64,000 bases of DNA, from NCBI GenBank assembly GCA_951406725.2, contig OX597814.1, forward strand, positions 76,818,001 through 76,882,000. Direction: 5' to 3'. How positions within the stretch are numbered: the stretch's first letter is position 1; every line of letters begins with the position of its first letter. A program made the translations under genes and the position numbers. The notes under the pieces were generated by a model. The model had not been told where the DNA came from. It was given only the letters and a program-made list of their open reading frames with translations, and ran no database searches. This document shows, in pieces, positions 54,668 to 64,000 of this stretch. This DNA is from Octopus vulgaris. Taxonomy: Eukaryota.

Positions 54668-56122
54668 AGTAGACAAGAGTTGTTTTGGCATTTATACATT
54701 TAGGCAGGTTTAAATGGGTGGTGGTGGGGGACTTTTTTGGGGGGTAGGCATGGCGCAAAACTGTCATTATTAGGGGAGTGGTCAAAGGAATCGGTGGTAA
54801 AGTAGATAAAAGAATAAATAAAAGAATAAAAAAATAAAAAAATAAAAAATATAAATAGAAAAATAGAGTTTTAGGTAAGTGGGGAGACTCTCACTTGTAC
54901 ATCTACATATATATATATATATACACATATACACACCCGCATATTCACATATATCTATACATATACATACATACCCACATATACATACATATATATATAC
55001 ATATATATACATATATATACACATACCCATGTACGTACACACAGATACACATATACATACATATACATACATATATGTATACCCACTCGCACATATATAT
55101 ATACAAATGCATATACATGCACACACATACACGCACATTTTTATTCTCTTATTTTAATTTTATTATTACTACTTTTGTTTATATCTTTATTTTTATCTTG
55201 ACCGGTCAGCCTGTCTCAAGGGATATCTAAAGATTCCGTTTATCTATCTACTTACTGATACGAACGCAATCACTCACTCACGCCCGCACACTCACACGTA
55301 CACACACGCACGTGTTATATTCATACACGCCTACATCTACATACATTCACGTATATTCACATATACGCATACACATACATACCTCAACACACCCACATGT
55401 ATGTATATATACATATGTGTAGATGGGTATATACGTGTATGCTTATATGTATGTTTCCGTCTGTACAAAGGGTAACTGCATGTGTATATATATCTATTAT
55501 TTATTATTCATTATTTATTACATGAGTATGCGTTTGTATGCATGTATGTATTTATGTATATAAGGAGGCGCGTGAGTGTGTGTATGCATTTGTATAAAAA
55601 TATGTATACATTTATGCATGTATGTGCTTGTGTGTATATATATGTGTATATATGTATGTATATATACACACATATATATATATGTGTATGTGTGTATGTG
55701 TATGTGTATGTGTATATATATATATGTGTAATGTATATATAGATATATATATGTATATATATATGTATATATATGTGTATGTATGTGTATGTGTGTGTGT
55801 GTGTATGTATGTATGTATATGTATGTATGTATGTGTATATATGTGTGTGTATGTATGTGTATGTATGTGTATATATATGTGTGTATATATGTATGTATAT
55901 TAGAAAAATTGAGGTAATCAGATCAGATGGTTCATATTTGTAGATATTTATTTATATATTACATTTTTTACATATATATCATATCATATCATTCGGATTT
56001 CGGATTAGCGCTTGCTCCCATTCTAGTGGGCTTTTCAAATCAAATCAGTTGTGGGTAGTTTGAACCTTTTTATAGTTTCGTAGTAGTGGGTGAGGAGGAA
56101 GTGCGACAAAGAGAAAATATGT

Positions 56123-56191
<69 letters not shown>

Positions 56192-56997
56192 TGTGCGTGT
56201 GCATGTGTGTGTGTGTGCGCATTTATATCTGAGAGTGAAGAAGTGTTATTTCCGTTGGTCTGCTGGACCGCCTGTGGTTTTATAAGAACTTTGGCTGTCC
56301 ATTTCGATGTCACTGAGTGTGTGTTGTGCATAGGTTGGCCTGGCAAATGTCATTTGGGGTCACACTTTCTATGATCATTCTGTGGAGGTGTGTGTGTGTG
56401 TGTCTCTGTGTGTCTGTGTGTGTTTTTGTGTGCGTGTGTGTGTGTGTGTGTGTGTATGTGTGTGTGTGTGTGTCTGTGTGTTTGGAGAAGGGGAGAGAGA
56501 CAAAAAGAGAAAAGGGAAAATAAAAATAATAATAATTAAAATTAAAATTAAAAATTAAAATTAAAAATTAAAAAATTAAAAAAATAAAAATAAAAAATAA
56601 AAAAATAATAAAATAAAATAAAAAATAAAAAATATAAAGAATAAATAAAAATATAAAAAATAAAAAATAAAAAAATAAAAATAAAAATAAAAATAAGGGA
56701 GGAAGTGGAGAAGAAAAAATATTTTTGTGTGTTGATATTTATACCAACACATATATATACACACACAGACTTATACATAAAATATTTGAAAAAACCTTTT
56801 TATTGGTTCAAAATGAACAACCAAATTATACCATCTTGAAAGTTGTATATCATAGGAAAGTTAAAATTAAAGTGACAATTAAAAGGTAAAGATGGAAGTG
56901 AATTATAAAGATAATAATATAATATGATGTATATAACAGGCAATACACACATCTACACACACACAGATTTGTCCTTCAATGTATGTTGAGTAAAGTT

Positions 56998-59290
56998 TCA
57001 GCCATTTAATTTGGGGGAGAACTTAGCTATGAAATGTTTTTCCATATTCCTCCTGAAGGGGGTGTCATTCTTCGGACACTTGTAGAAGGGAAATATCTTA
57101 AATTTTCCTTCTCCACATGTAGCTAGGTGTGTGCTTAGTGGTATTTTGCGTAGTTCTTCCTGCCGAATATGTTGTCGGTGGATCCTGGCTCGCTGGCACA
57201 AAGAATTACCAGTTTCACCTACGTAATTCTCCTTGCATGTGGGGCAGGTTATGCAGTATATGACGTTCTGCGTCTTGCAGTTCATATCTGCATTTACTTT
57301 GAATATGACACCATTTTTAAATCTTATCTCTCTGTTGCTCTCTATGTATTTGTAGGTGGGGTTGCTGCAGGTCCCACATCTACCATCTCCGCACTCTTTT
57401 GCAAAGAATTCCGTTTTAGTTTCTGAAGAGAATTTCGCTCTTGTTAGGTGTTTTTTTAGGTTTTTGTCCTGTCGTCTACTGAATTTTATGCTATATTTGT
57501 TTAATATGTTTTTCATTTTGGGGCTCTGTAAGGCTATTGGTAGGTTTGAATGTATGGTTTGGAAGATGTTGGTAACTCCAGGGTTGTGTGTGTTTATAAA
57601 AGGGATAGTGTTTTCTTTGTTTTTTGTTTTGGGTGTCCTGAGTTGTGTGATGTCTAGTTTTAATGCTCTTGTGATTCCATTTTCTATTAGTTTAAGGGGG
57701 TATTTTTGCTCTAGGAGGAAGCTTTTGAGTTCATCTAGTCTTATTAATCGTATTTGTGAATCAGTTACTATGCTACATATTCGTCGTGCCATACTATATG
57801 GATGTTTCTTTTTGTGTGGGATGGGTGGCAGGAGTGGAAATTTAAGTATTGATGTGTGTCAGTTTTTTTGTAGTGGGTGTCTGTTGTGACGATGGAGTTG
57901 TGTATTTTGATGTTGATGTCTAGGAAGGGAAGTTCGTTGTGGCTGGTATCTATTGTGAAATTGATAGATGGGTGCAGCGTATTGAGGATGTTGTGGAATG
58001 TTTGTAGGTCCTCTTCTGATCTGTTCCAAAAGATGAAACAGTCATCGAGGTAGCGTTTCCACTTTTTCTTGATGTCTTCTCTGAAGTCGTGTTCGAAGAC
58101 TTTCCCTATTTCGTCATATAGTTTTTTCTCCAGGAAGCCCATCACCAGGTTGGCATATGAAGGTGCGAATTTTGTACCCATAGCCGTGCCTTTTATCTGT
58201 CGGTATGTCTTGTTGTTGAATGAGAATGTGTTTTCTTCTAGTATTAGTTGGGTGGCTTGGGTGATAAAGTTTGTCTTGAAGCGTTCGTCTATAAGTTCTC
58301 TGTATTTTTCTATTGATTGTTTTATAGCTTCTAGACCTAGGGTGTGTGGTATGTTTGTGTATAGATTTGTGACATCAAAGCTTGCAAGTATGGTGTTTTC
58401 GGGACTGTATTTGGAATGTGTGTGAGGAAGTCTATGTCATCCCTTATGTAGCTTGGAATCTGTGGGCATAGAGGTTTGAGGAGTATATCTATGAAGTGGC
58501 TTAGTTGTTGTGTTGGTGCCTGGGGTCCTGCCACTATTGGTCTCATCGTGAGGTCTGCAGGTCTTTGTACTCTTATGTAGTGGTTCCTCTGTTCCTTTAT
58601 GGCTCTCTGTATTTCCGAGCTTTTATGAATTTTAGGTAATCCATAAAAGTTGCTTTCTTTGGTTTGTGAGTTGCATAGATAATCTTCCTCCTTATCTGTA
58701 AAGGAGTCCTGATATTCATTGACTAAAGTTCTAATTTTTCTTATTGTTGTTTTCTCCGGTGGTGTTGGTTCCTCTTTGTAATATGTCTGGTTGTTCAGTA
58801 ACTCTAGTATCTTTTCTTTGTAGTAATCTGTGTCCATAATTACTATTGCTCCACCTTTGTCAGCTTCTTTTATAACGATTGATTTGACATTTTTCAGTTT
58901 TTGTAGGGCTTGCTTTTCTTCTCTGCGGAGATTCTGTTTGCATTTGTGTGTGTGAAGAGGGAATTTGGATATTGTTTCTATGTACGTGTCAAGGTGTTTG
59001 TCACTTCCCTTGTAAGGGGTGAAGTGGAATTTTTTTCTTATGATTGAGTTATCTTCTGTTTCTTTATTTTCAAAGAATTCCATAAGGCGGAGGTAGCGGC
59101 TGAAGTTGTCTATGTCAGTTTTTAGTTCTATGAGGTTTGGAGTGGGTGTAGGTGTAAATTTGAGGCCTTTTAGTAGTAGGTTCATTTCATATTCGTCAAG
59201 TTCTCTTTTAGATAAGTTTATTATTTTGGGGTCTATGTGTTTTGGGAGTTCATCCGGAATTTTTGGTGTATTGGGTCTGGAGTATGGTTG
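56998..59290 (-). mobile_element. Neptune-type Penelope-like element ORF (RT + Cys-rich linker + GIY-YIG), two frameshifts
   Basis: KEADKGGAIV, FYGLPKIHK, RPIVAG, MGTKFAPSYANL, WKRYLDD, LPFLD, CGDGRCGTC, NVIYCITCPTCKENYVGET; element spans ~55900-59530. Confidence 0.92.
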
Positions 59291-59560
59291 AAGTATCCTC
59301 TCCCTAAAAAATGGGTTGTGTTGTTACGTCTCCAAATTCCATTTTCAGTTCTTAGGTTTTCTTGTAGTTGGGGTGGTCTGTGTGGTCTGTATGTGTTGTT
59401 TTGTCTTTGGTAGTTGTTTTCTTCCCATCTTCTGTGTTGGTTGAGCCAATATTTATTACTGGGGTTCAGGTTTCTTTGTGTGTAGGTGGATGGTTCATGT
59501 ATTGTGTTTGTATTGTATTGATAGTGGGAGTTGTTTTTTATCCATCTTGGAATATGTATG

Positions 59561-59643
<83 letters not shown>

Positions 59644-59943
59644 ACGCTCGTGTGTTTATGTATATGTAAGTATGTAGAGTTATGTGTATGTGCATGTATG
59701 TATGTATATATACGTATGTGTAGATAGGTATATACGTGTATGCTTATATGTATGTTTCCGTCTGTACAAAGGGTAACTGCATGTGTATATATATATCTAT
59801 TATTTATTATTCATTATTTATTACATGAGTATGCGTTTGTATGCATGTATGTATTTATGTATATAAGGAGGCGCGTGAGTGTGTGTATGTGTATGTATTT
59901 GTATAAACATATGTATATATTTATGCATGTATGTGCATGTGTG

Positions 59944-59998
<55 letters not shown>

Positions 59999-60039
59999 AT
60001 ATATGCACATATGTATGTATGTATGTACATGTATATATG

Positions 60040-60070
<31 letters not shown>

Positions 60071-60125
60071 GTGTGTGTATGTGTATGTGTGTATATATAT
60101 ATGTGTAAAAATGTGTGTGTAAATG

Positions 60126-60156
<31 letters not shown>

Positions 60157-60219
60157 ATGTGTGTGTATATGTGTATGTGTGTATGTGTATATGGATATGT
60201 GTATATATATATATACGTA

Positions 60220-60282
<63 letters not shown>

Positions 60283-60424
60283 GCTCGTGTGTTTATGTAT
60301 ATGTAGGTATGTAGAGTTTTATGTGTGTATGTATGTATGTATATATACATATGTGTAAATATGTATATATGGGTATGTTTATATGTAGGTATCCGTTTGT
60401 ATAATGGGTAACTGCACGTATATA

Positions 60425-60462
<38 letters not shown>

Positions 60463-61640
60463 TGAGTATGCATGTATGTATATATGTATATGCCTGTATG
60501 CATGTATGTTTTTATGAACATAAGGAGGCGCGTGTGTGTGCGGATGTGTATGCATATGTATAGACATATGTATACATTTATGCATGTATGTACTTATGTG
60601 TATATATAGATGCACGCGTCTGTGTGCGTATGTGTACGCATATATGTATGTATATATACATATATGTATATATATATATATGTGTGTGTGTATGTGTGTA
60701 TGTATATATGTATGAATGTATATGTGTATGTATATGTATATGAATATATATGTATATATATATATGTATATATATATATGTATATGTGTATGTATATGTA
60801 TGTGTATGTATGTGTATATGTATATGTGTATATATATTAATTAGTGTATATGTATGGACTAGTCTTCTGTGGGTGTGTTGAGGTATGTATGTGTATGCGT
60901 GTATGTGAATATACGTGAATGTATGTAGATGTAGGCGTGTATGAATATAACACGTGCGTGTGTGTACGTGTGAGTGTGCGGGCGTGAGTGAGTGATTGCG
61001 TTCGTATCAGTAAGTAGATAGATAAACGGAATCTTTAGATATCCCTTGAGACAGGCTGACCGGTCAAGATAAAAATAAAGATATAAACAAAAGTAGTAAT
61101 AATATAATAAAATTAAAATAAGAGAATAAAAATGTGTGTGTATGTGAGTGCATGTATATGCATTTGTATATATATGTGCGAGTGGGTATACATATATGTA
61201 TGTATATGTATGTATATGTGTATCTGTGTGTACGTACATGGGTATGTGTATATATATGTATATATATGTATATATATATGTATATGTATGTGTACGTATG
61301 TATATATATATGTATGTATATGTGGGTATGTATGTATATGTATAGATATATGTGAATATGCGGGTGTGTGTATATATGTGTATATATATATATGTAGATG
61401 TACAAGTGAGAGTCTCCCCACTTACCTAAAACTCTATTTTTCTATTTATATTTTTTTATTTTTTTATTTTTTTATTTTTTTATTCTTTTATTTATTCTTT
61501 TATCTACTTTACCACCGATTCCTTTGACCACTCCCCTAATAATGACAGTTTTGCGCCATGCCTACCCCCAAAAAAGTCCCCCACCACCACCCATTTAAAC
61601 CTGCCTAAATGTATAAATGCCAAAACAACTCTTGTCTACT

Positions 61641-61691
61641 AGCTTCCTGATGATTTCTTTTGAATGAAACAGTTCTAGTCCTGTAGAAGCT
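61641..61691 (+). ncRNA. Type I hammerhead ribozyme, intact core
   Basis: agcuuc CUGAUGA uuucuuuugaau GAAA cag-uucuaguc-cug UA gaagcu. Confidence 0.8.
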
Positions 61692-61826
61692 CCTTCTATA
61701 AAATAAATATATATACATATATATATGCATACATATACATACACACATGTATACACATATACATATGTATACACGCACACACACACACAGATACACATAT
61801 ATATACACATGCATATATACACACAT

Positions 61827-61854
<28 letters not shown>

Positions 61855-61858
<4 letters not shown>

Positions 61859-62661
61859 GAATGAATGTTTTTATATATAATGAACGTGAAATACAGGAAG
61901 GGACGAACACGGAACACAGACAAATCATTCGAAGCCTTCAATCTTCAGTCAGACACCGAATCATCATAGCAAATTTCGGCTGTTCAATTCTGATATTTGC
62001 TCCAACTCGGCCAGCCCCAAGAAAAAAAACTAAGCTGTAAGCATTAGATTTCTTGGTAGAAGACAGGAATGTGAACGCACAAGACGGATGTGAATACAAG
62101 AGACGAAAACGAAATTGAAAACAGTAATGAATAAACAAAATATATAGAACGGTGGTTGTCATACGACTTTAGACCAAATGAGACAAAAACACAACAACAA
62201 CATAGCTGGCGTAGAAATAATTACCGTTTCGGTAGCGGGGACACATGTTGGTCGAGATACGAAGGCCAACAGAATGGTTTAAGAAGCAGCAGGTCGCAGG
62301 AGAGAGAGAAAGAGAGACAGAGAGAGAGGGAATCAAAGAGGGTGGAAGGCAGGGGACAGAATCAGTGACCAAGAGAGAAGGAGAAAGAAGGGATTAAGGA
62401 GGATGGGAGGAAGAGGGGAGGAGGATGGGAGGAAGAATCGGAGGGCGCCAAAAAGTTTGGTGAAGAAGCAAAATGGCGGGTAGTAAAGGACAGTGTGTAT
62501 AGAAGTCGTGCAGGGTTTAAAATTGGACAAACAAACGGTGGGGTGCACGTAACGCCGCAATAATATAAGAATGAATGTTTTTATATATAATGAACGTGAA
62601 ATACAGGAAGGGACGAACACGGAACACAGACAAATCATTCGAAGCCTTCAATCTTCAGTCA
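61855..62661. repeat. Unclassified retroelement-like repeat with identical ~97-bp direct repeat
   Basis: 61855-61951 recurs at 62565-62661 (partial-tandem arrangement as in PLE pLTRs). Confidence 0.6.
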
Positions 62662-63429
62662 ACACATACATACACGCATACATGCACATATATACACACA
62701 TTTTTTCTCCCTTATTTTATTTTATTTTTATTTTTATTTTTATTTTTATTTTGACCTCTTCAGAGTCATAGAAGGTGTAATATATGACCTGCCCACTCAC
62801 CGACACACATTCAGTGGCGCTGGAGTAGCCGCTCCCCGGGGTGCTAGCCAACCTGAACGAAGTCCATTTACCGCCCCTCTCCCTTCCTTCACACTCATAC
62901 ACATACACAAACACATGTTCTCTCGCTCATTTCCTTATCATCCACTCATACTTATGAATGTATCCCTCTCTACACAGGCGCATATATACATATATACATA
63001 TATACACATATATGTATGTACATACATATACACACGCAGGTACACATATTCATACATACATAAATGTACCCACTTTCACATAAACGTATGCATAACTAAG
63101 TACACACAAAACCACATATATAAAAGTACTTCAGTACACATAAACACACATGAACATCTGCCCGCATATGTACACGCATATGCTTATAAATACATATATG
63201 CACACATGCGCGCATACACGTGTACATAAAAGCATACCTACAAATACATACCTACACACATACATATATCCACATACATGCACGTACATACACATGCGTT
63301 CACGTACATACAAATACATATCTACACACATAAACATACATACATATATACACATACAGAGATCTACAAGTCCTTATATATACGCACATATATATATACA
63401 TATATATATATATACATATACATATATAT

Positions 63430-63700
63430 AGAGCTTGCGCGACTAACCCAGAGTCATACATAGGTGAGACCTCTAGAAGCATCAATGATAGGTTCAAAGA
63501 ACACCTGGACAACTACATTGAAAGGAAACCAAACTCCATCTTCTACCAACACGCTGTAGACTGCCACAAGGGATCCTTAGGGGAGCTTAAGTTGAACATC
63601 CTATCAACACACCCCACCGATGCAATGATGAGACAGGTCACAGAAGCTGTTTGTATACAAGAATACAAACCTACTCTCAACCGAAAGTCCGAATGGAATA
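63430..63700 (+). pseudogene. PLE GIY-YIG endonuclease C-terminal fragment
   Basis: SYIGETSRSINDRFKEH...SIFYQHAVDCHKG...MRQVTEAVCIQEYKPTLNRKSEWN; homologous to 2642-2890; not in the ORF track. Confidence 0.8.
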
Positions 63701-64000
63701 ACACCCAGATCCCATTCAGAAGTACTATTCTATTACCACCCCTCTCTCTCTCTACCTTTTACCTGTAGTCCTTACATACGGGTAGCAACGCGTATGTGCA
63801 GTTATATACAACGGTATGAGCAGACGTTGTTTGATACGAACAGTTGCACCTAGGCGTTGTATCCATTCACGGTTAGACGATGATGAGAGGAACAAACACA
63901 CACCCACACACATATATATATATGTGTGTGTGCACACATATATATATGTGTGTGTGCGTCTATACAAACATATGTGTAAATATGTATACAACCTTCAGCA

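Larger units (their letters stand above)
54531..61708 (+). mobile_element. Non-coding HHR-bearing PLE-type element with inverted 5' copy, interrupted by a Neptune-type PLE
   Basis: 54600-55397 is a near-identical inverted copy of 60868-61708; ~640-bp microsatellite-rich tandem units at 55398-55900, 59640-60277 and 60278-60860. Confidence 0.7.

Noticed and set aside
55985-56050. Possible HHR at the 3' end of the Neptune element (UUGAAAA...GAAA)
   Set aside because: Stem II base and UH site do not pair convincingly
61910-62020. CUGAAGA and GAAA on the minus strand suggesting an HHR or SECIS
   Set aside because: Stems I-III cannot be formed in any HHR topology; helix too short for SECIS

Overview
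AT-rich, microsatellite-dense eukaryotic genomic DNA, most likely from an octopus or other coleoid cephalopod (inferred from the SINE/LINE repertoire and the host gene). Most ORF-track entries are translations of (TA)n/(CA)n/(AAT)n microsatellites. One host gene is supported: a two-exon secreted protein (signal-peptide exon 48179-48257 spliced to exon 51723-52306) with three 4-Cys peritrophin-A/ChtBD2-like chitin-binding repeats and a dead fourth repeat after the stop. The rest is nested mobile DNA: RTE, CR1-like and R4/Dong LINEs, tRNA-derived SINEs, Helitron remnants, a mariner MITE and many Penelope-like elements (PLEs; one near-intact Neptune-type RT+GIY-YIG ORF and three Naiad-type fragments). 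The most notable signal is about a dozen type I hammerhead-ribozyme (HHR) or HHR-like motifs from several distinct PLE terminal-repeat families, mostly inserted in (TA)n tracts and often in fold-back arrangements. They include a palindromic two-strand double hammerhead and non-canonical core variants. All calls were made by eye; no searches or folding programs were run, and element boundaries are approximate.
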